Assembly: GCA_003140275.1 (NCBI GenBank)
Contig: PLJQ01000364.1
Span: 6,518 to 44,409, forward strand
DNA: 37,892 nt
DNA from: Limisphaerales bacterium
GTDB lineage: Bacteria; Verrucomicrobiota; Verrucomicrobiia; Limisphaerales; PALSA-1396
Direction: 5' to 3'
Shown piece by piece: positions 1 to 8,974 of this stretch (the stretch's first letter is position 1; each line of letters starts with the position of its first letter). Both the position numbers and the translations under genes were made by a program. Below the pieces are notes generated by a model, which saw only the letters and a list, made by a program, of their open reading frames with translations, did not search any database and was not told where the DNA came from.

Positions 1-2
1 AC

Positions 3-1130
3 ACCGATGGCACGGGTTTTACGACTCTGCATAGTTTTACCGACGGCAGCGACGGAAAATATTTAGAAGCCGGTTTGATTTTATCGGGCAACACCCTATA
101 TGGGACGGCGACTGCAGGCGGCAGTGGGGCCGATGGCACAGTATTCATGGTCAACACCGATGGCACGGGTTTTACAACCCTGCATAGTTTCACGGCAAGC
201 TATGGTTCTTATCCTGTTTACACCAACAGCGACGGAGCCAATCCGTATGCCGGATTGATTTTGTCGGGCAACACCCTATATGGGACGACGTATAAAGGCG
301 GCAGTTCGGGCCGAGGCACAGTGTTCAGTCTTTCGTTGCCTTCTTGGATGGCGGGACTTTATGTCCCGGGAACCTCCGATCCTTGGCTGGCCGGAATGCC
401 GAATGGATCCGTTTCAGGCTGGGACCAAGCTTATGATAGCGCGCCAGCGGAGTCGCCTGTTCAGGTCAGCAATCTCGTCATTTCGTCCGGGGCAGTTTTC
501 ACGTTTTCCGCCAGCGGCGCAGAAGCAAACGGGGGACCTCCTTCATACGGCGGCGCGGGGGCACTGTTTGGCCCCGACGGAAATATTACGAACAATACTT
601 CTCGGTATCCCGGTGCGGAAAATGGTATGGCGGACATTTACGTTCCTATAGATGCATTGCTCGGTGTCTTTTTGGACGACAACGTTCCGAGCAATTTCCC
701 TGCACCGGCAGCGCTTGATTTCAGCACAACGGCAACGCGTGACTTCTCTAGCCTGAAGCCGGTTTTGCGACAACCATTTCTCATCGGTGATGGATTGACG
801 TCACAAGGAATTATCCAGCAATTTGTTGCGCCTCAAGGTGCCACGCGGCTTTTCCTCGGACCGATGGATGGGTATGGGTGGGCAGACAATTTTGGTGGGT
901 TCATGGTAACCGTCACGGTTTTGCCCCAACTGACGATAATTCCCTCCGGACCAAATGTTGTTTTGACGTGGGCGACCAATTACGCCGGGTTCACTTTACA
1001 ATCCTCCACGCACCCTGTTTCACCGGCGGTCTGGACCACCGTTTCTCCGGAGCCGGTCGTCGTCAACGGGCAGAACACAGTTACCAATTCTATCTCCGGC
1101 ACCCAGCAGTTTTTCCGATTAAGCCAGTAA
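3..1130 (+). CDS. GloVer (Gloeo_Verruco) repeat secreted protein, C-terminal part; the 5' end lies outside the window
   Basis: Frame 3 is open from nt 3 (TDGTGFTTLHSFTDGSDG...), so the track start at 75 is only an in-frame TTG. There are two full units of the type GLILSGNTLYGT..GGS.G.GTVF..NTDGTGFT.LHSF. A ~190-aa unassigned beta-rich middle region follows. The last ~70 aa form a module ending QQFFRLSQ. Stop TAA is at 1128-1130 and the next gene starts 17 nt later. Confidence 0.8.
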   Translation, partial: TDGTGFTTLHSFTDGSDGKYLEAGLILSGNTLYGTATAGGSGADGTVFMVNTDGTGFTTLHSFTASYGSYPVYTNSDGANPYAGLILSGNTLYGTTYKGGSSGRGTVFSLSLPSWMAGLYVPGTSDPWLAGMPNGSVSGWDQAYDSAPAESPVQVSNLVISSGAVFTFSASGAEANGGPPSYGGAGALFGPDGNITNNTSRYPGAENGMADIYVPIDALLGVFLDDNVPSNFPAPAALDFSTTATRDFSSLKPVLRQPFLIGDGLTSQGIIQQFVAPQGATRLFLGPMDGYGWADNFGGFMVTVTVLPQLTIIPSGPNVVLTWATNYAGFTLQSSTHPVSPAVWTTVSPEPVVVNGQNTVTNSISGTQQFFRLSQ

Positions 1131-1146
1131 TCAAAAGAATCAACCA

Positions 1147-4100
1147 GTGAAAACCCGCATTAGAAACCTATTCCTCCTGTTCGCGCTGACCGCCGGTTTC
1201 GTCCTGACACCGGCTGTTCGGGCGGCGGCGCAGACCTTCACGACCCTGTATAATTTCACTGGCGGCAGCGACGGAGGCGCTCCCACTGCCGATTTGATTC
1301 TATCGGGCAACACCCTGTTTGGGACGACGTTTGGCGGCGGCAGTTCGGGCTATGGCACGGTGTTCAAGGTCAACACCAGTGGTACAGGTTTTACGACCAT
1401 TTATAGTTTTACAGGCGGCAGCGACGGAGCTTATCTCTCGGCCGGTTTGATTCTATCGGGCAACACCCTGTATGGAACGGCGTATCAAGGCGGCAGTTCC
1501 GGCAAGGGCACGGTGTTCAAGATCAACACCAATGGCACAGGTTTTACGGTTCTGCACAGTTTTACCGCAACTGCTCCTTGGACTTATCCTCCCTGGGCCA
1601 ACAGCGACGGAGCTTATCCGGCATACGGCGGATTGATTCTATCGGGTAACACCCTGTATGGGATGGCAAGTTCTGGGGGCAGTTCGGGCCAGGGAACGGT
1701 GTTCGCTGTCAACACTAATGGGACGGGTTTTACGACCCTACATAGTTTTCTCGGTTATCCGAGCGAGGGAGCAAATGGAGGTGCCCGTTTAATTCTATCG
1801 GACAACACCCTGTATGGGACGACAGCGGATGGCGGCAGTTCGGGTGGTTGGGGCACGGTGTTCGCCGTCAACACCGACGGCACGAGCTTCGCGAACCTGT
1901 ATAGTTTCACGACTAATCCCGGTCCTTTTTATGTTAACAGCGACGGAGCTAGTCCCGCTGCCGGTTTGATTTTATCGGGCACCATGCTGTATGGGACGGC
2001 GCATCTTGGCGGCAGTTCGGGCAACGGTACGGTGTTCAAGGTCAACACCGGTGGTTCGGGGTTTTCCACCCTGCATAGTTTCACGCCAGGCTCTGGCTCT
2101 CTTCCTTATAACTTTGCCAACAGCGACGGAGCTTTTCCGATTGCCGGTTTGATTTTATCGGGCACCATGCTGTATGGGACGGCGTCCGATGGCGGCAGTT
2201 CGAGCAATGGCACGGTGTTCGCCATCAACACTGATGGCACGGGTTTTACGAACCTGCATAGCTTCACGGCAGACCCTGCTCCTTATTATACCAACAGCGA
2301 CGGAGCAAGGCCGTATGGTCGATTTATTCTATCAGGAAATACCCTGTATGGGACGGCGTCCGAGGGCGGCAGTTCAGGCAATGGCACGGTGTTCAGTCTT
2401 TCGTTGGCGACGGCTACTCCCTCCATCACCTTTCACCGCCTCGTCAACAACGGTCTAATATACTCGCCATCGGACTCCATTGATCAGCCTTTGGCTGTGA
2501 CATCCAATCAAGGCGTGTTGCAAGACCAGTCGCAGCCGTACTTGCAAGTGCAAGGGTTGGTGGCTGACGGGGTCACGCCCTTATTGTTCCATTTCAATCT
2601 CGTCAGTCAGCCGATGACACCGCAATCGTACCAAATCAATTTCACCCTCAGTGGCGGCGACGTTGCTAGCGGCTTGGGTTCCTATCTGCGAGTGCTGGGA
2701 ACAAATGATTGGGTGACGACCAACCTTCTCACAATGTCGGGCACAGATGCCTATGCCTCCCTCAGCGGTGTGAAGGCCGAGGACTTGCTCTTCAACGGAA
2801 CAAACGAATTGACCGTGGCCGTCAGTCTTACCCCGACAGTCGGCGGTCCAATACAGGCCGGGGCATTCAAGATCCGGCGTCCGCCAGTGATGCTCGTGCA
2901 TGGGTACAATGCCGATCAACTCACGTGGTCTGATAGTTTCCTGAATGCTCTACGTCAGAACGTGCCGAATGATTTTATTGATGTGTTCAATTATGGGGTG
3001 TTGTTCGCGACGGACGCTCAAGGGAGAGTTAGTGAATTCTCTTACAACACTTATGGTTCATTAAAGAACTTGGCTCGCGAAGTCGAGACTGAGATGGAGA
3101 GTGAGTTCGCAATCAATCGGTTCAATTGGGCCTGCACTCGCTACGATGTAGTTTGCCACAGTCAGGGCGGTGTCTTAACACGAATGTTGTGCCAGACCAA
3201 CGCTGCCGGCGCTGCGGTGTTCGCATCGCGACCTCCTGTCTCAGCATCAGATTATTACCGGGGGCGTTTTCGAAGGGTTATTACAATCGGTTCTCCGCAC
3301 AACGGCTCCACATTGTTACGCTATCTGCTCGACGTGAAGCTGCAAACCGGAAACGTGGGATTTCTTGAAGAACCATTGAACAGCCTTCTTCAACCCAAGT
3401 TCGATCCGTTCGGTCCACAGATACAAGAAGTCAATGATCCTCAATATCCAGTTGACGCGCGGATCAAGTTCAACTGCATTCAAACAACCATCGCCGGTGG
3501 GTTTGCTCCTGGCTTGGGGCCTTGTCCATTGATTTACGCCGTCAGCCAGCTTTGCGAACCACCCGACCACATTGTCTTGCCATCGGGTTCAGATGGAATC
3601 GTGGATTTCTTGAGCCAAGGCGCAGGGCCGGGTACGAAGCGAAATTATTACAACGCGATTGATGTGGCTCACGCTGATGCGACGCTAACGTTCGCGGGGC
3701 CAGTGAGAATACAGGCATTCGGCGTGCCAGCGGGTCAAAGCCAAACTAGTTATGCTCCAATTGCCCAACTGGTGGATCAATTGCTTGCCGGTCCGACAAA
3801 TCTCTTCGGTGCTTTTTATCTTCCAATACGTTTATCGGATCCATCTCCCATTGATGCTGCTGCACCGCCAGTGTCCATATTCGGTGTAATCGTCAACAAT
3901 ATAGTCGGCAACGTTGCTTACAGTTCGCCCGGTTCAACAAATAGCGCTGGAATAGATAAAGCCCGCGGTTTCGGTCCCCTGGATGACGGGCCTCAGTCCG
4001 GAACAAATTCATGTTTCAATTACGCGATCAACCCGCCGACAAACGGAGTGGTCGGTGGAAACGTGTACTGGTTTGCCGTGAATTATGGGACAAATGGAAT

Positions 4101-6960
4101 TTCAACAAACGGAATTACGGTTCAACTCTCCGGTACTAACAGTACGTCCGCAACTGTATGCGTGGACGATTGGGTTGTGGGAACAGTAGTATTGCACGCC
4201 AGTTACCTATCAACCAACGGGAACTTGATTATTGCTATTCCAGTTGTCGTCGTTGCTCGCCCACCTGGGAACCTGGTAGGAATTTTGCTCAACCCAAGTT
4301 CGCCTGCCCTGAATGTCGGGGATACACTGCATTTTGAGATTTGGGGACAATATGACAGTAGTAACATTGCACAACTCTTCATTCCGCCCGGCTCAAACGT
4401 GGTCTGGTCGTCATCCAACCTCAGCGTGTTCCAAGTGGACACCAATTTCAATGGCATCGCGCTGTCGAATGGTACCGCTGTTGTCAGCGCGGTTTATCTG
4501 AGCCAGACCGGCCTGGCTTCAGTTATCGTCAACCCGCCCGGTTACTTAATCATCGCAGATCAACCGCAGAGCCAATTGCAGGGGCAGGGACAATCGGCCA
4601 CGTTTAACCTCACTGTATCGGGCATCAGCCCGATGTCTTACCAGTGGTATTGCAACAGCGCACCGATTCCCGGAGAGACGAATGCGGCTCTTGTTCTAAC
4701 CAATCTTCAAACGACAAATGCGGGAAATTATTTTGCCATCGTGACGAATGCCGTGAGCAGCGCGACCAGCGCAGTTGCCACATTAACAGTGCTGCTGCCA
4801 GGTCAGTTGTTCATCTTCAACCAACCAATGAGTCAAGCTCTGGTGCAAGGGCAATCGGCCATGTTTAGTATTACCGCGTCAGGTTCTGTCCCGATCTCCT
4901 ATCAATGGTATTTCAATAACGCGCCGCTCCCTGGAGCGACTGATTCAAGTTTGGTTGTCACTAATCTGCAAGCCACCAACGCCGGGCCTTATTTTGCCGT
5001 CCTGACAAACGCCGTGGGCAATGCGACAAGCTTGGTCGCAACATTGACCGTACTGCTGCCTCCAATGATTACAGCGCCGCTGACGAATCAGTCAGTTCTG
5101 TTCGGTGACAGTGCGAGCTTCGTGGTAACCGCCACGGGCACTTCGCCGCTAGCCTACCAGTGGTTGCTTGACGGTACGAATCTCACGGACAAGGTCCGGG
5201 TCAGCGGTTCGCAAAGTAACACCCTATCTCTAGCCAACGTTCAGCCTTCCGATGCGGGTAATTACCAGATCATTGTCACTAACGCGTACGGCTCGGTCAC
5301 CAGCATTGTGGCCACACTCGGGGTCGCTGTGCCGCCGATCCAAGTGGTGGCACAAACGGACAACGGAATCACGTTCGCTTGGGGCGCGGCGATGGGGCAA
5401 TCGTATCAAGTGCAGTACAAGACCAATTTGAATCAACCGAATTGGAAGAATTTTGGGGGTGCCGTCACCGCGACCAATACGACAATGACTTTCTCCGATA
5501 TCATCGGCCCAGACCCGCAGCGTTTTTATCGCGTCGTTTTGTTATTTCTCCCACAAATCACCAGCCAGCCGATCAACCAAATGGTGGTAGCAGGCGGTGG
5601 TGCGACGCTCATTGCAGCGGTCGCAGGCACTCCACCGCTTGCCTACCAGTGGCTAAAAAATGGCTTGGCGGTTTCCGGCGCAACAAACGCGCTGTTGAAC
5701 CTGACCAATGTTCAGCCGTCCGACGCGGGAACTTATTGGGTTGTGGTGACAAATTCTTATGGTGCTTTAGGAAGCGCCCTCGTTCGTGTGACGGTCACCG
5801 TGAGCAACCCGGTGGCCACGCCCATTGCTCTCACCGGCTGGAATCGCGATGTAATTCTGGAGAACAGCGGCACGCCTTTCGCCCAGGGGTTCGACTTTCC
5901 CACAGGCGATGCGTGGTTCGAGGAGGGAATGAACGGCCACGCGGACGGGTTTCCGAGTTCGCGGCAATTTGCCAGCGCCATCAACTCTCCAAACGTGCTG
6001 TTTGAGCTTCAGCCCTACACTGCCAGCAACGTGCTTTGCCTGACCGCGCAGCCCACCACCAATCTCTTGACGGGAACTCTAACACTGGTTCAACCGAACT
6101 CTTACGTCTCGATCTCCATTGCTGCTGCTTCAGCGTTTGGTGCAGCATCTCCGTCCGCGGCAGGCGCTTTGGGTTCGCTGGTTTTGAACTTCAGTGATGG
6201 GACACAGAGCGCGCCGATCAAGTCTCTGAGCTTGGACTGGTCGCCGTACCCACCTTATCCATTGATGGCGATTGGCGGACTGGGCAGGCTCGCGGTCAAT
6301 CCTCCCGGCGCATACTATAATTATGGTGTGGGCTATGGCTTAGGTCTCTTTCAAACGGATGTCAATTTGCTTGCCTTGGGGTTGTCCGGCAAGACTCTGA
6401 CCAGCATCGCGTTTACCGGATCCACCGCCGGGCAATGGGGCTCCCGCCAGTTAACGTATATCTTCGCCGTCAGCGGGGTGGCTTCGGACCTCGGCCTATC
6501 GCCTCCGATTTTACTCCAATCGAATGTGACCAACCAAAACGTGAGTAGAGGCGCGGACTTGGCGTTCACCGCGACCGTTGCAGCCGATGGCACACCGCCT
6601 TTCTATTACCAGTTGCAGAATAACTTTGGCGGACTGATCGCTGATCTCACCGGCGCGACCAATGCCACCTTGTTGCTGACGAATGTCCAGCGGGTTGGCA
6701 GTTACACTTTGACCGTTCGCAATCCGGTGGGTGCGATCACAGCCGGCCCGGCCGAAATAAATGTCTATCATGCCGTGATTACAAACGGGTATTTCGACTG
6801 GGGGTGGAGTTTCTTCCGTGCGCAGTGGGTCGAAATCCAGTACTCAACTAATCTCGTGGATTGGACGACGGACGGAACTGGCTATAGTTCGGGGTTCTCG
6901 CAATTCGATTATTCCTATCTTCAAAACCCGCAAAGATTCTTTCGCATTGTGCCGCGTTGA
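1147..6960 (+). CDS. Giant secreted multidomain protein: signal peptide, GloVer repeats, lipase-like alpha/beta hydrolase, Big_2-like and tandem Ig-like domains, C-terminal F[FY]R module
   Basis: A 1,937-aa uninterrupted ORF with a GTG start. The N-terminus MKTRIRNLFLLFALTAGFVLTPAVRAAAQ looks like a Sec signal. There are seven ILSG..LYG-type GloVer units. A hydrolase nucleophile elbow VVCHSQGG is followed by GSPHNGS, SDGIVD and VAHAD. Repeated segments of the type QWY.N..P.PG.T...L.L.N.Q..NAG.Y...V.N..G..TS..A.L.V are typical of Ig/I-set-like repeats. The protein ends PQRFFRIVPR. Confidence 0.9.
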   Translation: MKTRIRNLFLLFALTAGFVLTPAVRAAAQTFTTLYNFTGGSDGGAPTADLILSGNTLFGTTFGGGSSGYGTVFKVNTSGTGFTTIYSFTGGSDGAYLSAGLILSGNTLYGTAYQGGSSGKGTVFKINTNGTGFTVLHSFTATAPWTYPPWANSDGAYPAYGGLILSGNTLYGMASSGGSSGQGTVFAVNTNGTGFTTLHSFLGYPSEGANGGARLILSDNTLYGTTADGGSSGGWGTVFAVNTDGTSFANLYSFTTNPGPFYVNSDGASPAAGLILSGTMLYGTAHLGGSSGNGTVFKVNTGGSGFSTLHSFTPGSGSLPYNFANSDGAFPIAGLILSGTMLYGTASDGGSSSNGTVFAINTDGTGFTNLHSFTADPAPYYTNSDGARPYGRFILSGNTLYGTASEGGSSGNGTVFSLSLATATPSITFHRLVNNGLIYSPSDSIDQPLAVTSNQGVLQDQSQPYLQVQGLVADGVTPLLFHFNLVSQPMTPQSYQINFTLSGGDVASGLGSYLRVLGTNDWVTTNLLTMSGTDAYASLSGVKAEDLLFNGTNELTVAVSLTPTVGGPIQAGAFKIRRPPVMLVHGYNADQLTWSDSFLNALRQNVPNDFIDVFNYGVLFATDAQGRVSEFSYNTYGSLKNLAREVETEMESEFAINRFNWACTRYDVVCHSQGGVLTRMLCQTNAAGAAVFASRPPVSASDYYRGRFRRVITIGSPHNGSTLLRYLLDVKLQTGNVGFLEEPLNSLLQPKFDPFGPQIQEVNDPQYPVDARIKFNCIQTTIAGGFAPGLGPCPLIYAVSQLCEPPDHIVLPSGSDGIVDFLSQGAGPGTKRNYYNAIDVAHADATLTFAGPVRIQAFGVPAGQSQTSYAPIAQLVDQLLAGPTNLFGAFYLPIRLSDPSPIDAAAPPVSIFGVIVNNIVGNVAYSSPGSTNSAGIDKARGFGPLDDGPQSGTNSCFNYAINPPTNGVVGGNVYWFAVNYGTNGISTNGITVQLSGTNSTSATVCVDDWVVGTVVLHASYLSTNGNLIIAIPVVVVARPPGNLVGILLNPSSPALNVGDTLHFEIWGQYDSSNIAQLFIPPGSNVVWSSSNLSVFQVDTNFNGIALSNGTAVVSAVYLSQTGLASVIVNPPGYLIIADQPQSQLQGQGQSATFNLTVSGISPMSYQWYCNSAPIPGETNAALVLTNLQTTNAGNYFAIVTNAVSSATSAVATLTVLLPGQLFIFNQPMSQALVQGQSAMFSITASGSVPISYQWYFNNAPLPGATDSSLVVTNLQATNAGPYFAVLTNAVGNATSLVATLTVLLPPMITAPLTNQSVLFGDSASFVVTATGTSPLAYQWLLDGTNLTDKVRVSGSQSNTLSLANVQPSDAGNYQIIVTNAYGSVTSIVATLGVAVPPIQVVAQTDNGITFAWGAAMGQSYQVQYKTNLNQPNWKNFGGAVTATNTTMTFSDIIGPDPQRFYRVVLLFLPQITSQPINQMVVAGGGATLIAAVAGTPPLAYQWLKNGLAVSGATNALLNLTNVQPSDAGTYWVVVTNSYGALGSALVRVTVTVSNPVATPIALTGWNRDVILENSGTPFAQGFDFPTGDAWFEEGMNGHADGFPSSRQFASAINSPNVLFELQPYTASNVLCLTAQPTTNLLTGTLTLVQPNSYVSISIAAASAFGAASPSAAGALGSLVLNFSDGTQSAPIKSLSLDWSPYPPYPLMAIGGLGRLAVNPPGAYYNYGVGYGLGLFQTDVNLLALGLSGKTLTSIAFTGSTAGQWGSRQLTYIFAVSGVASDLGLSPPILLQSNVTNQNVSRGADLAFTATVAADGTPPFYYQLQNNFGGLIADLTGATNATLLLTNVQRVGSYTLTVRNPVGAITAGPAEINVYHAVITNGYFDWGWSFFRAQWVEIQYSTNLVDWTTDGTGYSSGFSQFDYSYLQNPQRFFRIVPR
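1234..2405 (+). repeat. Coding tandem array of seven GloVer (TIGR03803-type, from memory) repeat units
   Basis: The consensus SDG..P.AGLILSGNTLYGT...GGSSG.GTVF.(V/I)NT.GTGFT.LHSFT recurs about every 45-55 aa. The same unit is visible at the DNA level, for example attctatcgggcaacaccctgtatggg. Confidence 0.85.
2870..3700 (+). other. Lipase/PGAP1-like alpha/beta-hydrolase domain inside the 1147..6960 protein, with a putative Ser672-Asp816-His842 triad
   Basis: PPVMLVHGYNAD is the oxyanion-region strand. The GxSxG-type elbow is C-H-S-Q-G-G, with the Ser codon at 3160-3162. GSPHNGS follows. In SDGIVD the Asp codon is at 3592-3594. In VAHAD the His codon is at 3670-3672. The Ser-Asp-His order matches alpha/beta hydrolases. 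Confidence 0.6.
4540..5335 (+). repeat. Three tandem Ig-like (I-set-like) coding repeats of ~85-90 aa, diverged at the DNA level
   Basis: Three consecutive units each contain a ...S/P..YQW(Y/L)...-type segment, the tail L.(L/V)(T/A)N(L/V)Q..(N/D)AG.Y...VTNA.(S/G)..TS.VATL.V, and a shared LLP linker. Two more copies lie at about 5550-5800 and 6490-6770. Confidence 0.7.
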
Positions 6961-7117
6961 GTCGTTCCTATCAAATGTTACGAACATTGTTCTTATCGTA
7001 CTTTGTCCGGAACTGCAATCGCAGGGATCGTAATCTCGATTGAAACTACATTGCCAACTCGGCACATTCCCACACTCTTTACGACGGCACTGCGGCACGT
7101 AACAGCCGAGTTAAAAA

Positions 7118-7516
7118 ATGAAGCTCCGTAATCTACTAATCCTTGTCGTCGCTGCTCTCGCGGGTGTAGTGGCGCTCGGTTACCTTCTGCCCGGTGAACC
7201 GTACTGGAAAGGACGCCCCTTGTCGGCATGGATCGAGGCCTTCGACACCAACCTCAGATTTCCCGACGACGGGCCACTTCGTTCGGGATTCAGCGACGAA
7301 GAGATTGAGCAGGCTTTGGAAGGGATCGGTCCTCGGGCGCTGCCTTCTTTGTTAGAATGGACGAAGGCGAAACCCGGGCATCTCGGAGACCGGCTGAATG
7401 CTTTGCTGGATAGGGAGCGCTGGATCCGCTTTCGTTTCGTGTCCGTAGCCCGCAGACACTCTTGGGCTGGAACGGGGTTTCAAGCTTATTCAAGTGCCGC
7501 ATCGGATTCTGCTTAA
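7118..7516 (+). CDS. Small N-terminally membrane-anchored protein, HEAT-like; function unknown
   Basis: ATG start preceded by an A-rich stretch. The N-terminal hydrophobic helix is LLILVVAALAGVVALGYLL. A Y.G+..S.W motif (YWKGRPLSAWIEAF) is shared with the convergent neighbour. EQALEGIGPRALPSLLEW resembles a HEAT unit. Confidence 0.55.
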   Translation: MKLRNLLILVVAALAGVVALGYLLPGEPYWKGRPLSAWIEAFDTNLRFPDDGPLRSGFSDEEIEQALEGIGPRALPSLLEWTKAKPGHLGDRLNALLDRERWIRFRFVSVARRHSWAGTGFQAYSSAASDSA

Positions 7517-8328
7517 TCTTGACGGAAACGGACGCAGAAAAGTACGGCGGCAGTGTCGTTGGTCCTCGCTTCGAGCGCATCCATGACCGACAGCCGGTCG
7601 CGTGGACCCAGCATCGGGTCGAGATACAATTTTTCGAGTAACGGCACGAGATGCTGATTCAATTCTTGGTCATCTTTGAACCAGGATAATTCCTGTCCAT
7701 CAAGCAGCCAGCTCGGATCTTTTCGTGACAACCGTTCACAGGTTTCAATCAGCAGATTGGTTTGACCATTAATGTAGTAGGCCATGGCAGCAGACCGCAG
7801 ACTCAGTGAATCATCATGGCGGGCGCGCTCGGTGAGATAGGGAATGGCGGCCGGATTGTTGCCGCTGACTTCACCGAGCGTTTCGACCAAATCTAGGACG
7901 GTGACCACATGTATGCTGGAGCAATATTTCAGGCAGTCGATCAAGTCGGGAATGGCGGCTTGGGCGTTGGTGCCCATACACCGCAACAGCCAGGCCGCCT
8001 GCCCGTGTTTGCCCGCGCAATTTTCCACGTCCACCCAGCGGCCGATTCGGGGATGGAGATAGCTAAAATGCATAACCTGATCAGCAGACAGAAAATGAAA
8101 CCGGTGGGATCGGTCATGAAGAGCCTTGGCAATAAAAGGCACCGCGGGCGCGCCAATCTTTAAGACCGCTTCAAAGGCTTCTGAACGTGAAGGCTCTTTC
8201 AATGCCTGTTCCACCCAATCGGCTGTGCGGTGCCCTTGATAAACCGAGCCGCGATCCGGCCACCAGTGCAGCCCGCAACCAAACGCAGCCACGACCAGCA
8301 GCAAGACGAAGTTCCGTCTCCGATTCAT
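7513..8328 (-). CDS. Membrane-anchored HEAT-repeat-like protein; function unknown
   Basis: 271-aa ORF with the N-terminal anchor FVLLLVVAAFGCGL, then VYQGHRTADWVEQAL and AVLKIGAPAVPFIAKAL (HEAT-like). It converges on 7118..7516, and both stop codons sit in the same TTAA (7513-7516). Confidence 0.65.
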   Translation of the reverse strand: MNRRRNFVLLLVVAAFGCGLHWWPDRGSVYQGHRTADWVEQALKEPSRSEAFEAVLKIGAPAVPFIAKALHDRSHRFHFLSADQVMHFSYLHPRIGRWVDVENCAGKHGQAAWLLRCMGTNAQAAIPDLIDCLKYCSSIHVVTVLDLVETLGEVSGNNPAAIPYLTERARHDDSLSLRSAAMAYYINGQTNLLIETCERLSRKDPSWLLDGQELSWFKDDQELNQHLVPLLEKLYLDPMLGPRDRLSVMDALEARTNDTAAVLFCVRFRQD

Positions 8329-8520
8329 TCGTTCGCGGGGGATTGTGAAGCGTTTTGCGCCATGGTCAATAGTCCTCCGTCATGATTTTCATAACCGGCG
8401 CCGGAAACTAGACTTGGTCGCCCAGACGCATACGAATCTCTGCAAATCGCTTCACGATCAAATGACATTCACGGTGAGATCATTCACTGAGGAATTCCAA
8501 ATGCCAGCTTACTCGAACTC

Positions 8521-8759
8521 GCCGTGACCAACGCGCGGTTTGCTTCGCTCCACGGGCTTTCGGTCGCCCCTCTCCCCCTCTCGACCACGACCGTTCCGCT
8601 TCGCAAACCGCGCGCTCGTCACGAGCGAGCATCCGCACAGTGCCGCATGAGCGGCGGTCTTCCGTCTGCGGCTCGGCGGCGGGCGTTGCGCTCCGGCTTC
8701 GTTTCGCTATGCGCTCCTCTCCGCTCCACTTCCCCGCTCGCCGACCGCAGACCGAAGCC
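8521..8759 (+). repeat. Intergenic dispersed repeat, copy A (the second copy is at 32934..33133)
   Basis: Five colinear blocks are shared with copy B in the same orientation. GCCGTGACCAACG(C/G)GCGG is at 8521 and 32934. CTTCGCTCC is at 8543 and 32976. CGCTCGTCACG is at 8613 and 33009. CTTCCGTCTG is at 8659 and 33048. CAGACCGAAGCC is at 8748 and 33122. Only low-complexity Arg/Ser/Pro ORFs overlap it. Confidence 0.6.
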
Positions 8760-8974
8760 GATCTTCACTCACCCACGCTTTGACGTTGGACGTGGGAAGC
8801 CAAGCTGAATCCGTTTGTTCCGCACTGACGCCAGGAAGCGTCCGGTTCGGCGGACGACTTCCACGTCGCGCAACCGCCCTCCTAATCAAACTGTGATCCG
8901 CGTCGGTCTTGCGTGTGTGGGATCTTCTTCGCTTTGGATTTGACATAAAGGAGAGGGTTTCCTTTCATGGACCT

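Noticed and set aside
8345..8946. ORFs 8345..8527, 8524..8808 and 8707..8946 in the gap between the HEAT-like gene and the secreted protein gene
   Set aside because: They overlap dispersed repeat copy A. Their translations are Arg/Ser/Pro/Ala low complexity. The homologous copy B does not keep any of these frames open.
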